NCBI GenBank assembly: GCA_038801705.1 | Contig: JAULTC010000002.1 | Location: 3,072 to 67,071 of the forward strand | Reading direction: 5' to 3' | Origin: Candidatus Methanosuratincola mesotaenarum | GTDB taxonomy: Archaea > Thermoproteota > Methanomethylicia > Methanomethylicales > Methanomethylicaceae | Length of the DNA stretch: 64,000 nucleotides | Shown here: one piece after another, positions 18,695 through 28,772 of the stretch | Layout: each line of letters begins with the position of its first letter | Position numbering within the stretch: position 1 is the first letter of the stretch | Notes under the pieces: generated by a model | Database searches by the model: none | Seen by the model: only the letters and a program-made list of their open reading frames with translations | What the model was told of the DNA's origin: nothing | Program-made: the position numbers and the translations under genes

Positions 18695-18716
18695 TTATGC
18701 ATTATTTTATGCATAA
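18695..18716. promoter_or_regulatory. inverted repeat TTATGCAT-N6-ATGCATAA, candidate operator
   Basis: Perfect 8-bp arms between divergent trpB2 and the ArsR gene, next to a TATA-like ATTTAAG. Confidence 0.5.
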
Positions 18717-18767
18717 TGATTAGTGAGAGGTTATATCCAGATAGCCCAAGAATTAGAATGAAGGCCC

Positions 18768-19097
18768 ATGCAGCAGAATGCTCCTCTCAAGCGGCTCATA
18801 TACTGGCTCGTAGCGGGGACTAGGGGAGGAGGATCCCGGGGGCGCATAATCGAATCATTGAAGGAGATGCCAAAGAACGCAAACATGCTTGCGGATTCAT
18901 TAGGGATGGAATACAAGAATGTGAGGCACCACCTAGATGTGCTGTTAAAGAACGGGCTCTTGACTACAGTCGGCGAAGGTTACGGAATGACGTATTTCCT
19001 GAGCTCGGAGCTGGAAAGCAATTACCAGGTTTTTGAGGAGATCTGGGAGAAAATTGGGAAAATGAATAAAAAAAGAGACTGGAGGAAGAAGTATTGA
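18768..19097 (+). CDS. archaeal ArsR-family wHTH regulator (GTRGG type)
   Basis: WLVAGTRGG..R.RII...NANMLA..LGMEYKNVRHHLDVL. Confidence 0.88.
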   Translation: MQQNAPLKRLIYWLVAGTRGGGSRGRIIESLKEMPKNANMLADSLGMEYKNVRHHLDVLLKNGLLTTVGEGYGMTYFLSSELESNYQVFEEIWEKIGKMNKKRDWRKKY

Positions 19098-19534
19098 TTA
19101 TGAGGGTAAGAAGAGTCCACTTATTGGCAGTCATATCGATGATGTTGAGTATTGGCATAATAGTACAGCCGTCACTCTCTGGCACAGGAAACTCTATGGC
19201 AAGCGATGGGCAAGGATGGGGGATGAACATGCGCCACGAAGGCAGAGACATGGAGGTCTACTATTCGATTCAGACGGTGCTCTCATTCGTCAATATGTTC
19301 CTCTCGGTTCTGCTGTTTGGGGTCTACCTTGATACATATAGGAGGATCAGGTCCGGGTTTTCTCTTTCGCTGGCAATAGTTTCCCTAGTGCTATTCTCTC
19401 ATGCCCTCACCTCCAACCCGCTGCTCCACAGCGCTCTCGGCTTTGGTGGTTTCGGGCTTGGGCCGTTCGCGATGCTCCCAGAGGTCTTCAGCTGCGTGGC
19501 GCTCCTGATACTGGTTTACATCAGCCTGAAGTGA
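19094..19534 (+). CDS. membrane protein coupled to the ArsR gene
   Basis: N-terminal hydrophobic stretch plus about 3 TM segments; overlaps the regulator stop. Confidence 0.75.
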   Translation: MIMRVRRVHLLAVISMMLSIGIIVQPSLSGTGNSMASDGQGWGMNMRHEGRDMEVYYSIQTVLSFVNMFLSVLLFGVYLDTYRRIRSGFSLSLAIVSLVLFSHALTSNPLLHSALGFGGFGLGPFAMLPEVFSCVALLILVYISLK

Positions 19535-19614
19535 TCCGAGGTTTGGGGTCAATTTGGGATTTACTTGGTTAAGATCCTGGAAAATCAATAAGAATCGATC
19601 AAGGCAATGATCGA

Positions 19615-19989
19615 TTGGCGATTAAAATGAAGGAGAGAACGACCATATTATTGCTGGCGGCACTGCTGATTGTGGCTATACCGATATCCTCAACACTTGC
19701 AGCGACAAATGCACAGATCACGGAGAGCCGGGCAAACTACAACTGCGATGTCACGCAGGAAAGAGAAAGGGAGCAGCAGAGAGAGTGGGAATGTGTGCAG
19801 GAGAGATGCGCTGACTGCGACAAAATCATGATTCAGGAGAGGGCACAGCTGAGAGACCTGGAACGAAATACGCTCTGCTTTCAGGCGGGCACTGCCGGCA
19901 ACTCCAGCGTTGATTGCGAGGGCTTTGCACTCCAGTTGATGGAGATGCACCAGGCTAAAAACCAACAGGGCATTGCGTCTGGAAGATGA
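19615..19989 (+). CDS. secreted Gln/Glu/Arg-rich hypothetical protein
   Basis: Signal peptide (ILLLAALLIVAIP) and QEREREQQRE; followed by a T-tract. Confidence 0.6.
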   Translation: MAIKMKERTTILLLAALLIVAIPISSTLAATNAQITESRANYNCDVTQEREREQQREWECVQERCADCDKIMIQERAQLRDLERNTLCFQAGTAGNSSVDCEGFALQLMEMHQAKNQQGIASGR

Positions 19990-20007
19990 TGGTAGGAGGG
20001 GGAAACC

Positions 20008-20035
20008 CTTTTTTCCTTTCTTTTTTTTGTTTTTA
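20008..20035 (+). terminator. oligo-T terminator
   Basis: CTTTTTTCCTTTCTTTTTTTTGTTTTT just after the 19989 stop. Confidence 0.55.
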
Positions 20036-20063
20036 TGGCTTCAGCCTTTGGCTGGCTCTGGGT

Positions 20064-20762
20064 TCAGTCTGGAATGGAATGCTCCGCAAGATCCATCAGG
20101 GCCTTCTTTGGCTCAGGCACTTTAACTATCCCGGAGGCGACCAACACCCCCTCGGCACCCAGCTTTATGGCAGCAGAAACATCTTTGCCAGAGGTTATCC
20201 CGGCGCCGCAGAGCACGTGCATACCGCCCGAGACTCCCTTTATTAGGTGCACGGCATCCATAACCACCTCTGGCCTGGCCTTGGAGACAGAGATGCCGCT
20301 CCCGATCAGCTCTGGGGGTTCGACTGCGACCACATCTGGGTTGAAGCTTGCAACAGCACGACCAGCCAACGGTGTGTTTGCGCAGACGCATGTCAGCAAG
20401 CCCAAGGAGGAACAGCGCCTTACAGCCACCTCGATCAGATCCACTCTCAGCCTCCGCTCGGAGTGGTTCAATATCGCCCCCGAAACACCCGCTTCCTTCA
20501 GCGACTCGGGGGTTATGCTCCCCGTGTGGGCACCAGGCTCCTCCGGGTCCACGTGCTGCGAGAAGACCGGGATGGCCACACTGCTAGCGACCCTGAAGAG
20601 GTCGGCCGCCTGCGGAGCAACCGCTATACAAATGCCAGTTTCACCGGAAACTTCCTCTGCCGACTTGGCAATTCTCAGACCGTTCTCGCCCAAGGACTCC
20701 TTGTATGTCTTGAAGTTCACGAGGATCAGCGGAAAAGTGACGTTCAGTGCGCAAACCCCCAA
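20064..20762 (-). CDS. tpiA: triosephosphate isomerase (archaeal type)
   Basis: Motifs VNFKTY, SQHVDP, NHSE, EPPELIG, CGAGI and GVLVASG. Confidence 0.95.
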   Translation of the reverse strand: MGVCALNVTFPLILVNFKTYKESLGENGLRIAKSAEEVSGETGICIAVAPQAADLFRVASSVAIPVFSQHVDPEEPGAHTGSITPESLKEAGVSGAILNHSERRLRVDLIEVAVRRCSSLGLLTCVCANTPLAGRAVASFNPDVVAVEPPELIGSGISVSKARPEVVMDAVHLIKGVSGGMHVLCGAGITSGKDVSAAIKLGAEGVLVASGIVKVPEPKKALMDLAEHSIPD

Positions 20763-20799
20763 AGGTTATCAAAACTAAAAATAGAAAAAGCTGGTTTTG

Positions 20800-21087
20800 T
20801 CAGCTGCCTTCCTTCTTTTCGTCGGTCGGTTTGGCAGCGGCAGGCTCAGTCTTCCCGGCGGCATCTGAGATTTCAGGTATCTCCTCGAGAGGCTTCGGAG
20901 GGGGGGTTGTTGCCATGGTATACCCAATCCACCCCGCAATACCGAGTACGGCAAGAACCGCCACAAGGACTGGGATGACTATGGCCCACCAAGACCACGG
21001 TGTAAAGAAGAGCCACCACACGTAAACGACTATCAGAATTACCGATGCAGTAAGTATGCCTGCGCCTATTGCCTGATCTTTTGACAT
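20800..21087 (-). CDS. small two-TM membrane protein
   Basis: MSKDQAIGAGIL...WIGYTMATTPPPKP; start at internal ATG 21087. Confidence 0.75.
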   Translation of the reverse strand: MSKDQAIGAGILTASVILIVVYVWWLFFTPWSWWAIVIPVLVAVLAVLGIAGWIGYTMATTPPPKPLEEIPEISDAAGKTEPAAAKPTDEKKEGS

Positions 21088-21177
21088 GACCACGCGCCTC
21101 TTTGTTTCATTAAAGGGAGCTTGCCTCAATTTAAGCTTTTATATTTGGTAATGGATTATGCCTTGGAATGGTAGATT

Positions 21178-22017
21178 ATGCCTGTAAGCCCACTCATTGA
21201 TTTTGATACCGAGTATGTGGCTTCCAAGATATGCGAATTCATAAGAACCAAGGTAAGGGACAGGGGCGCGGTCATAGGGCTGAGCGGGGGGATCGACTCG
21301 TCGGTGGCGGTAACCCTCTCAGTCAGGGCACTTGGCAAGGAAAAGGTCCTCGCGCTCGTGATGCCGGATTCGAGTGCCACTCCAAGCGAGGACACGGAGG
21401 ACGCTAGAGAACTGGCCATGAGGCTGGGGATCAGGTGCAGGACCATTGACATCACCAAAGTTTCGGAGAACCTCACAGAGATTGCATCTGCAGGATGTGA
21501 GAAAAAGGACAGAATTGCAGAGGGGAACGTGAGGGCGAGGGTGAGGATGACAACCCTTTATTACATAGCGAATTCGGAGTGGGGGATGGTGGTAGGGAGC
21601 GGGGACAGGAGCGAGCTGTTGATCGGATACTTCACTAAGTATGGCGACGGTGGGGTAGACTTGCTCCCGCTCGGATGTCTCTATAAGACCCAGGTCAGGG
21701 AGCTTGCTAGGAATTTGGGGCTCCCGCAAAAGATCATTCAGAAAAAGAGCTCCCCGAGACTGTGGAGGGGGCAGACTGCGGAGGGAGAAATCGGCATCAG
21801 CTACAAGGAGATCGATGCGATCCTTTACAGGATCGTCGACCTCAGGATGAAAAAAGACGAGATTGTGAGGGAACTTGGTCCGGGCTCCGCTGTCAATATA
21901 GAAAAGATTACTGATATGATCAGGGATAGCGCCCACAAGAGAAGGGGACCCCAGATACCCAAGTTGTCGGAGATCATGGCTTCGAAAAAACCATCGGTTA
22001 AAGGCGGGTCGGATTAA
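21178..22017 (+). CDS. nadE: NH3-dependent NAD+ synthetase
   Basis: Motifs GLSGGIDS, NVRARVRM, GYFTKYGDG and YKTQV. Confidence 0.95.
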   Translation: MPVSPLIDFDTEYVASKICEFIRTKVRDRGAVIGLSGGIDSSVAVTLSVRALGKEKVLALVMPDSSATPSEDTEDARELAMRLGIRCRTIDITKVSENLTEIASAGCEKKDRIAEGNVRARVRMTTLYYIANSEWGMVVGSGDRSELLIGYFTKYGDGGVDLLPLGCLYKTQVRELARNLGLPQKIIQKKSSPRLWRGQTAEGEIGISYKEIDAILYRIVDLRMKKDEIVRELGPGSAVNIEKITDMIRDSAHKRRGPQIPKLSEIMASKKPSVKGGSD

Positions 22018-22547
22018 TGGGATTGCTGGACGCTATCCGCGAGAGTATGGAAAGGGGCGCCCCGTTGGAGGAGCTTGTTAAAGACCTATGCTGGAAGGAC
22101 TTTGAGGGTTTTGCTTCGGACATATTCTCGGAGAACGGCTTCATTGTGCACAGGAATGTCAGGTTCGCCTCTGGATCTGGAAGGAGGAGGTATGAGATCG
22201 ACGTCGCTGCTTTCCAGAGGCCCCGAGTCGTGCTCGTCGACTGTAAGCACTGGGGGGTGAGGACAGGCAAGTCGAGCGGTATAAGAGGCGCGGCAGCAAA
22301 ACAGGGAATCAGGGCGCATCAATTCGAGGGTAAGTTGCCCGAGGTCTTCCCTGAGGCGACCGCGTGGGAAAGGACATTGGTCATACCGGTGATCGTTACG
22401 CTCCACCAGGAGGGAGTTATCGAGCACAATGGTGTCTTTGTCGCCCCCATCTTCAAGCTGAACCGGTTCATCGAGGAACTCAGGTGCGGACTCTTCGACG
22501 GCAGGGAGATCAAGGTCACCAGCCTTAGGCAGTTCCTAGGTGTCTGA
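22017..22547 (+). CDS. PD-(D/E)XK restriction-endonuclease-like protein (Mrr/NERD-like)
   Basis: Motifs WKDFE, YEIDV and VDCKHW. Confidence 0.75.
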   Translation: MGLLDAIRESMERGAPLEELVKDLCWKDFEGFASDIFSENGFIVHRNVRFASGSGRRRYEIDVAAFQRPRVVLVDCKHWGVRTGKSSGIRGAAAKQGIRAHQFEGKLPEVFPEATAWERTLVIPVIVTLHQEGVIEHNGVFVAPIFKLNRFIEELRCGLFDGREIKVTSLRQFLGV

Positions 22548-23913
22548 TCTCTGCAAGCCTTCTCGCAATGCGGATCGCCCTCATTGCCACCTCGACCGCA
22601 TCTTTCCCGAATACCAGCATCATAGGCTCCTTCCCCCAGCCGCCCGTGTGATAGACGACATCTGGCACTCTACCGAACGATCTGACAGCTTCGCCTATGC
22701 CCCAAGGGATTGAGGCGCCTTCAGCTGACTTCACATCCTCAGGCTCCTTGGTCCGGTCGTAGGAGGAGCACGAATATCCGAGATCTTTCAGGGTCTGCAG
22801 CATCTCATCAGAGTAGCGTATATTCATTGCTGACCGTGCCTCAGGATCGTATTTCATAGCCGAGAGGATCGCCCGTGCCACATGCCACGAACCTCCAAAA
22901 GCAGGGCAGGAAGCGGCCTTGAGATGCCCGCCTACATTCGAGATCCTGCCAGGGACGCCGCATACGGATTCCACGCCAGTGGCGTATCTCAGGGGCAGGG
23001 ACATTGCCAGGTTTATCTGGCATTCCGGGGAGAGGAGGGGCACATACTCCGAGGACTCGAGCATGAAGATGCCCTCGCCCACAGAGGTGGAGACCCGGAA
23101 CCTCTCGGCATCGATCTCCAGATTAGAGACAGGGTTCACAGGACCTACACCCCTCCCAACCTCAAGGCCGAAGAGTATTGCGTTCGAGACGAACAGCTTT
23201 GCCATCCTGACCGCTTCCTCGACAGGGCGCCCTAGCGCCAAGTAGGAAACGACTGCGGCTGAGAATGTGCAACCTGTTCCGTGTGTGCTCCTGGACGGTA
23301 TGCGCGTCCCCCTGTAAAACACCGGATTCATGCCTTTGGAGAAGAGGGTGTCGACGGGGTCTCCGGGCAGGTGACCGCCCTTGACGACGACGTGTCGCGC
23401 CCCCATGTCCAGCAACGCCTTCCCGGCCCTCAGGACATCATCAAGGGATTTGATTGGGATCTGCGTGAGGACCGATGCCTCATCAATGTTCGGGGTGAGC
23501 ACATAGGCTGAGGGTATGAGCAGATCCTTCATGGATGAGACGGCTTCCACTTTTAGCAGGGGTGCGCCAGACTTTGCAACCATCACAGGATCCACCACAG
23601 TTACCAATCCGTGTTCCATTACGGATCTGGAGACCTCGCAGATTATTGGGGAGCTCGAGAGCATCCCAGTCTTGACAAACTTTACATTCATGTCCCGAAC
23701 AATCGCGTCTATCTGAGCCCTCACCATCCCAGGTGGGATCTCATGGACGGATGAGACTCCGGTTGTGTTCTGGGCAGTTACGGCTGTGACGGCTACAGTA
23801 CCGTGCAATCCGAGTGCCGCGAAGGTCTTAAGGTCTGCCTGAATCCCCGCTCCTCCTCCAGAGTCGGATCCGGCTATTGTCATGGCAACAGGGGGGGCAT
23901 TAATTTTTGTCAT
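22525..23913 (-). CDS. thiDN: bifunctional HMP/HMP-P kinase / thiamine-phosphate synthase
   Basis: IAGSDSGGGAGIQAD, DPVMVAKSG and HGTGCTFS, plus a ThiN domain (GVPGRI, FGGSWHVAR, GGWGKEP). Confidence 0.93.
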   Translation of the reverse strand: MTKINAPPVAMTIAGSDSGGGAGIQADLKTFAALGLHGTVAVTAVTAQNTTGVSSVHEIPPGMVRAQIDAIVRDMNVKFVKTGMLSSSPIICEVSRSVMEHGLVTVVDPVMVAKSGAPLLKVEAVSSMKDLLIPSAYVLTPNIDEASVLTQIPIKSLDDVLRAGKALLDMGARHVVVKGGHLPGDPVDTLFSKGMNPVFYRGTRIPSRSTHGTGCTFSAAVVSYLALGRPVEEAVRMAKLFVSNAILFGLEVGRGVGPVNPVSNLEIDAERFRVSTSVGEGIFMLESSEYVPLLSPECQINLAMSLPLRYATGVESVCGVPGRISNVGGHLKAASCPAFGGSWHVARAILSAMKYDPEARSAMNIRYSDEMLQTLKDLGYSCSSYDRTKEPEDVKSAEGASIPWGIGEAVRSFGRVPDVVYHTGGWGKEPMMLVFGKDAVEVAMRAIRIARRLAEIRHLGTA

Positions 23914-23930
23914 ATTAACCCTCAATAATT

Positions 23931-23977
23931 TTATATGATGGGGTTTATAAGGAATTCATATAATTCATGAATAAACC
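23931..23977. promoter_or_regulatory. overlapping inverted repeats in the thiDN/thiR divergent promoter
   Basis: TTATATGA (23931-23938)/TCATATAA (23956-23963) and GGTTTAT (23942-23948)/ATAAACC (23971-23977). Confidence 0.45.
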
Positions 23978-23982
23978 TCTTT

Positions 23983-24957
23983 ATGGTGTGCAATTTGAAC
24001 CCGCCATGTGAGCTTACAGTGAAAGAGCTGCTTCCGCTTCTGAGAACGCTAATCGCGAAGGAGCTAGCCGAGAGCCACGGCTACACCCAGACTAGGATCG
24101 CGAAGAGGCTCGGGGTGACGCAGGCCGCAGTGAGCGGATACTTGACTCAGCAACTGACTGATGCAGAGATCGAGCCCTTCTCGAGCAAGGAGCTGAGGGA
24201 GATAGCCAAGAACATGGCATCCGAGATCACGATGAAACGGTTCTCAAATGCGGACATGATAAACAACATCTGCGAGATCTGCCTTAACCTAAGGCGTGGG
24301 GGATCTATATGCCATGCCCACAAGGAGAGGATCCCTGAGCTCGAGGATGAGAAATGCAACATATGCATGCAGTTGCACATGAGCCTTACAGACCTCTCGG
24401 ACATGCGGAGGGCGACATTGAGCGACCTGACCGTTGCGGTCTCGATGATTGAGAACACCCCCGAGTTCGCTGAGCTGGAGCCGCAGGTGCTCTCCAACAT
24501 AGTCATGGCGCTGAAGAACGCTAAGGGCGTTGCCGATGTTGCAGGAATCCCGGGAAGGCTGGTCAAGATAAGGGGCAAGGTCGTGTCCTTGATGGATCCA
24601 GAGTTCGGCGTCTCGAGCCACTTGGCCAAGCTCCTCCTGAGGGCGATGGGAGTCAACCCCGAAGTGAGATCTGTGATAAACATAGCCTACAACGACTGTG
24701 TCGAGGATATCATAAAGAGGATGGGATTCTCCTGCGCGATATTCGAGAGGAGGCCCTCGCAGAGGGGCGAGGAAGAACTCTTCGACTTCGTGGAGGATGC
24801 ATTCAAGGAGAGAAAAGGCTGGGTTGACATAGTTGTTGATTCTGGAGGGGTTGGGATAGAGCCGAACGCCTATTTCTTCGAAAAGAACGCCCTCAGGCTG
24901 GCGGACAGGATCGTGAGAGTCGCAAGGCTGGTCGCCGCTAAGAAGGCGCAGAAGTGA
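23983..24957 (+). CDS. thiR: ThiR thiamine regulator (HTH + ThiN-like domain)
   Basis: PCE..LP..R..IA, TQTRIAKRLGVTQAAVSGY HTH and ThiN-like GIPGRL/FGVSSHLA/GGVGIEP; divergent from thiDN. Confidence 0.85.
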   Translation: MVCNLNPPCELTVKELLPLLRTLIAKELAESHGYTQTRIAKRLGVTQAAVSGYLTQQLTDAEIEPFSSKELREIAKNMASEITMKRFSNADMINNICEICLNLRRGGSICHAHKERIPELEDEKCNICMQLHMSLTDLSDMRRATLSDLTVAVSMIENTPEFAELEPQVLSNIVMALKNAKGVADVAGIPGRLVKIRGKVVSLMDPEFGVSSHLAKLLLRAMGVNPEVRSVINIAYNDCVEDIIKRMGFSCAIFERRPSQRGEEELFDFVEDAFKERKGWVDIVVDSGGVGIEPNAYFFEKNALRLADRIVRVARLVAAKKAQK

Positions 24958-25010
24958 GGTATACATTTATTATTCCCAGAGAGGTAGAATCTTGGGAAAC
25001 GGTGTAGTGC

Positions 25011-26162
25011 TTGCCCGCAAACCTACCTCCCCAGGCAAGGGCCGCAGAGAGGAGATACATCGAGGCAAAAACGCTACCCGAGAAGATAAAGTATCTCCAA
25101 GAATTCATATCATCGATCCCTGAGCACAAAGGCAACGAAAAGATGAGGAGGTACCTCAGGAGGCGCCTCGCCGAGCTCAAGGAGGAGCTCGAAGAGCAGA
25201 AGAAGAGAAAGTCGGGCGGCGGGGGCGGCGGTTTCTCTGTAAAAAAGGAAGGAGCTGCTCAGGTGGCACTGGTCGGGCTGACCGGATCTGGGAAGAGCAG
25301 CATACTCGACTCCACGACAAACGCAAAGGTTGAGGTGGGGGCCCATCCGTTCACCACCAAGGAGCCTGTCCCAGGTATGCTTGAATTTGAGGACCTCCAG
25401 TTCCAGCTTGTTGACACGCCAGCAATATTCGAAGGAGCAAGCTACGGGCTCTCGTGGGGATCTCAGCTAATGAGCGTGATAAGGAATGCAGATGGGTTAA
25501 TGATTGTGTTGGACGGATACGACCCTGTTGGTCAGTACGGGACGATAATTAAAGAGCTTGGCATGGCAGGAATAACGACCGACATGAGTTCGAGGAAGAT
25601 AGAGATCGAAAGGACCACTGGTGGAGGCATACAGATCGCATGCACCGGCAGGATCACATGCAGGATGGAGGAGGTCGATAGTATCCTGAAGGAGGCGGGG
25701 GTCAGGAATGCGATCGTTAGGATACGGGGGGACGCAGGGAAGGAGGACATCCTTGGTGCGCTGGAGCAGACCAAGACCTACAAGCCGTCGCTTATCCTGA
25801 TAAACAAGATCGACGCATATCCTGAGGCGCCAAAAGAATTTTCGAAGCTGACCGGGAAGGAGGCATACGGGGTCTCTGCAAAGACAGGATTGGGGCTGGT
25901 CAACCTTGGCAGGGAGATATTCAGGATGCTTGGGATAATCAGGGTCTATACCAAGGAGGTGGGAGGGGGGCCTGCAGCGAAACCAATCATAATGAGGCGG
26001 GGCGCGAAGGTCATCGACGTTGCGAAGGTGGTCCACTCACACCTCTACAAGAACTTCAAGATAGCCAGGATCTGGGGCCCTTCAGCCAAATATGACGCCG
26101 AGAAGGTGGGGGCAGACCACGAGCTTGCGGACGGGGATGTTGTCGAGATAAGGATAAAGTAA
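25011..26162 (+). CDS. DRG/OBG-family GTPase with TGS domain
   Basis: MPANLP, HKGNE, GLTGSGKS, FTT, DTP, NKID and a C-terminal TGS domain. Confidence 0.9.
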   Translation: MPANLPPQARAAERRYIEAKTLPEKIKYLQEFISSIPEHKGNEKMRRYLRRRLAELKEELEEQKKRKSGGGGGGFSVKKEGAAQVALVGLTGSGKSSILDSTTNAKVEVGAHPFTTKEPVPGMLEFEDLQFQLVDTPAIFEGASYGLSWGSQLMSVIRNADGLMIVLDGYDPVGQYGTIIKELGMAGITTDMSSRKIEIERTTGGGIQIACTGRITCRMEEVDSILKEAGVRNAIVRIRGDAGKEDILGALEQTKTYKPSLILINKIDAYPEAPKEFSKLTGKEAYGVSAKTGLGLVNLGREIFRMLGIIRVYTKEVGGGPAAKPIIMRRGAKVIDVAKVVHSHLYKNFKIARIWGPSAKYDAEKVGADHELADGDVVEIRIK

Positions 26163-26273
26163 AATAAAGAAAGAAAGCAAAACAGTAACCAGTTTTTATC
26201 CGGGCAGAAAGAATTATTTTATGCAAAGAACACGGTATATCGAATGGCGTTCCTTAGGGATTGGTGAAGGAAG

Positions 26274-27515
26274 ATGGTCAGGATAGCGCAGATATCATGC
26301 GGATCAGAGTATAGCGGGATTCAGGCTGAGATCGAGAAGGCAGCGAAGATTGTTGGCGGACAGATATTCGTGCCAGAGGTCGATGTCTCGGAGATCAGGA
26401 CTATCGAGGACGAGCTCGGTTTCCATGTGGCTAGTCCGGGCCTGAGAGTGATGATGGCGAGGGCAAAGGCGATAGTAGAAGGAATAGTAGACGCGGACGG
26501 AGTGTTCATTGCGACCTGCTTCAGGTGCGCCGAGGGTGCGCTTGTGAGGAGTATCGTCAGGAGGTACATCCAGAGCCAGACGAAGATCCCAGTCGTGACC
26601 TACTCGTTCACAGAGAGGACCAAGGCAGGCGCCCTCCTGCTGCGTATGGAGGCACTGGTGAACATAATAGACAAGAAGCCGCTCTTTGCCAGGACGAAGC
26701 AGGAGGGAATAACTGCTGGGATCGACTCGGGCTCGACCACGACAAAGGCCGTTGTGATGAAGGATAACGAGATCATAGGCCAAGGGTGGCTCCCAACCAC
26801 CGGCGTCCTTGAGTCGGGCATGACTGCACTCAACCAGGCGCTCAAGGAAGCAGGCATTGAGGAGTCGCGGCTCGAGGGGATAGGCGTCACAGGCTACGGC
26901 AGGACGATACTGAAAGAGAAGTACAAGGCACAGCTGGCAATGGAAGAGGTCTCAACCTGCTCGAAGGGAGCACTCTTCATGACTGACAAGCAGAGGGGGG
27001 ACGCGACCGTGATAGACATCGGAGGGATGGACAACAAGGCGGTGACGCTTTATGACAGCATCCCTGACAGCTTCACGGTCGGGGGGGTCTGCGCAGGCGC
27101 CTCCGGGAGGTTCCTCGAGACGACGGCAAAAAGGCTCGGCGTACCGATAGAGCAGTTCGGCGATCTTGCGATGAAAGGGAACTGGAAGGATGCGCCGATG
27201 AATGCCTACTGCATCGTTTTCGGGCTGCAGGACCTCGTTGCAGCTCTTGCCGGGGGTGCCAAGCCGGAGGACGCTGCCGCTGCCGCATGTCACAGCGTAG
27301 CCGAGCAGGTCTTCGAGCAGCAGCTTCAGGAGATAGACATAAGGTACCCGATAATCCAAGTTGGTTCAACCGCACTTGTCAAGGGGCTGGTGAAAGCACT
27401 CTCCGAGATACTGAGCGTGGAGATGATAGTTCCAAAAAAGCCTAACCTGATCGGGTGTGTCGGTGCAGCGGTAATGGTATCTGGGATGAAGGAATTGGAG
27501 GAGGCTGGGAAATAA
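26274..27515 (+). CDS. mmp15: methanogenesis marker protein 15 (ASKHA/HgdC-like activase)
   Basis: Motifs [48 protein letters not shown] and YCIVFG. Confidence 0.93.
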   Translation: MVRIAQISCGSEYSGIQAEIEKAAKIVGGQIFVPEVDVSEIRTIEDELGFHVASPGLRVMMARAKAIVEGIVDADGVFIATCFRCAEGALVRSIVRRYIQSQTKIPVVTYSFTERTKAGALLLRMEALVNIIDKKPLFARTKQEGITAGIDSGSTTTKAVVMKDNEIIGQGWLPTTGVLESGMTALNQALKEAGIEESRLEGIGVTGYGRTILKEKYKAQLAMEEVSTCSKGALFMTDKQRGDATVIDIGGMDNKAVTLYDSIPDSFTVGGVCAGASGRFLETTAKRLGVPIEQFGDLAMKGNWKDAPMNAYCIVFGLQDLVAALAGGAKPEDAAAAACHSVAEQVFEQQLQEIDIRYPIIQVGSTALVKGLVKALSEILSVEMIVPKKPNLIGCVGAAVMVSGMKELEEAGK

Positions 27516-27530
27516 GCGATCGAGGATGCG

Positions 27531-28763
27531 ATGCACATGAACCTGAGGCCAGTCCCTAAGGGATATACAGCGGGCACGCACAGGGAGATCCCGCCGGCTA
27601 AGACGCTGGAACTGATCAACAGGATCAAGGAGAAGGCAGGGATCACCAGGGTTGCGGAGATAACAGGGCTGGACCGTATCGGGATACCAATATTCACCTC
27701 CATAAGACCGATGGCATCGCAGGGGGCAGTCACGGTGTACACTGGAAAGGGCTATTCCCCAGAGGAAGCAGAGGTATCGGCAATAATGGAGGGAATAGAG
27801 AGGTTTTCGGCGGAGCCGCGGGGCTTGGGACTTGTGAGGGGAGCGTACAGGGATCTCAGCGGGCATAGGGATGTGTTGGACCCAAACAGGCTGATCTTGC
27901 CGCGTAGGTATCTGACTTCCGAGGAGATAGAATGGGCTGAAGGGTATTCGCTCACGCGTAGATCGGGCGTGCTCGTACCAGCGGAGGCTGTGTTCCACCC
28001 CTACAGCAGGCATAACCAGCTTTTCCGCACCAACACCAACGGTCTCGCGGTCGGCAATGCGCTGGAGGAAGCAATAGTACACGGGCTGATGGAGGTGATC
28101 GAGAGGGACGCATGGTCCCTCTTCGAGGCTGGGAGGGTAAGAGGTAGGGATCTCGAGCTCACGGAATGCGAGAGCCCGATGGTGAGGATGATTTTGGAAA
28201 AGCTCGATAATGCAGGGATCGAAGTCTATGCAAAGGACATCACCTCGGACGTGGGGATACCAACGGTGGCGGTTGCCATCGACGACGAGCTGACGAGGGA
28301 TCCCGCACTGCTCTCGCTCGGGGTGGGGACCCACCTGGTGGCAGAGATCGCTGCCGTGAGGGCGCTGACCGAAGCAGTCCAAAGCAGGCTGACCACCATC
28401 CACGGAACCAGGGAGGACACCGTGAAGGCCGAGTTCGCCAGGAGGATAGGATACGAGAGGATGAAGAAGATAAACAGGCGATGGTTTTCATCCAGCCCAG
28501 AAAGGGTCAACCTAGGCGAGCTGAGATCCTTTTCGGGGAAGGACTTCCTTGAGGACATCAGATACACCCTCAATAGGCTGGACCGCGCAGGGCTGCAGGA
28601 GGCGATAGTCATCGACCTCACGCGGGTGGAGACAGGCATACCGGCGGTCCGGGTGATAGTCCCAGGGCTCGAGGTCTATGCGCTAGACAAGGAGAGGGCC
28701 GGGAGGAGGCTCTCTGCGCATCTAGGGGCAACGAACCCCAGCGGCGAGTCTTCCCAGTACTAG
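27531..28763 (+). CDS. ycaO: YcaO McrA-glycine thioamidation protein (marker 1)
   Basis: Motifs GITRVAEITGLDRIGIP, GKG, MEGIER, TNGLA, EVIERD, RALTEAVQSR and VPGLE. Confidence 0.93.
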   Translation: MHMNLRPVPKGYTAGTHREIPPAKTLELINRIKEKAGITRVAEITGLDRIGIPIFTSIRPMASQGAVTVYTGKGYSPEEAEVSAIMEGIERFSAEPRGLGLVRGAYRDLSGHRDVLDPNRLILPRRYLTSEEIEWAEGYSLTRRSGVLVPAEAVFHPYSRHNQLFRTNTNGLAVGNALEEAIVHGLMEVIERDAWSLFEAGRVRGRDLELTECESPMVRMILEKLDNAGIEVYAKDITSDVGIPTVAVAIDDELTRDPALLSLGVGTHLVAEIAAVRALTEAVQSRLTTIHGTREDTVKAEFARRIGYERMKKINRRWFSSSPERVNLGELRSFSGKDFLEDIRYTLNRLDRAGLQEAIVIDLTRVETGIPAVRVIVPGLEVYALDKERAGRRLSAHLGATNPSGESSQY

Positions 28764-28772
28764 CAACCTGCG

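Noticed and set aside
22017..22547. Restriction-modification or defence island
   Set aside because: A lone small PD-(D/E)XK protein coupled to nadE, with no methylase or other defence genes.
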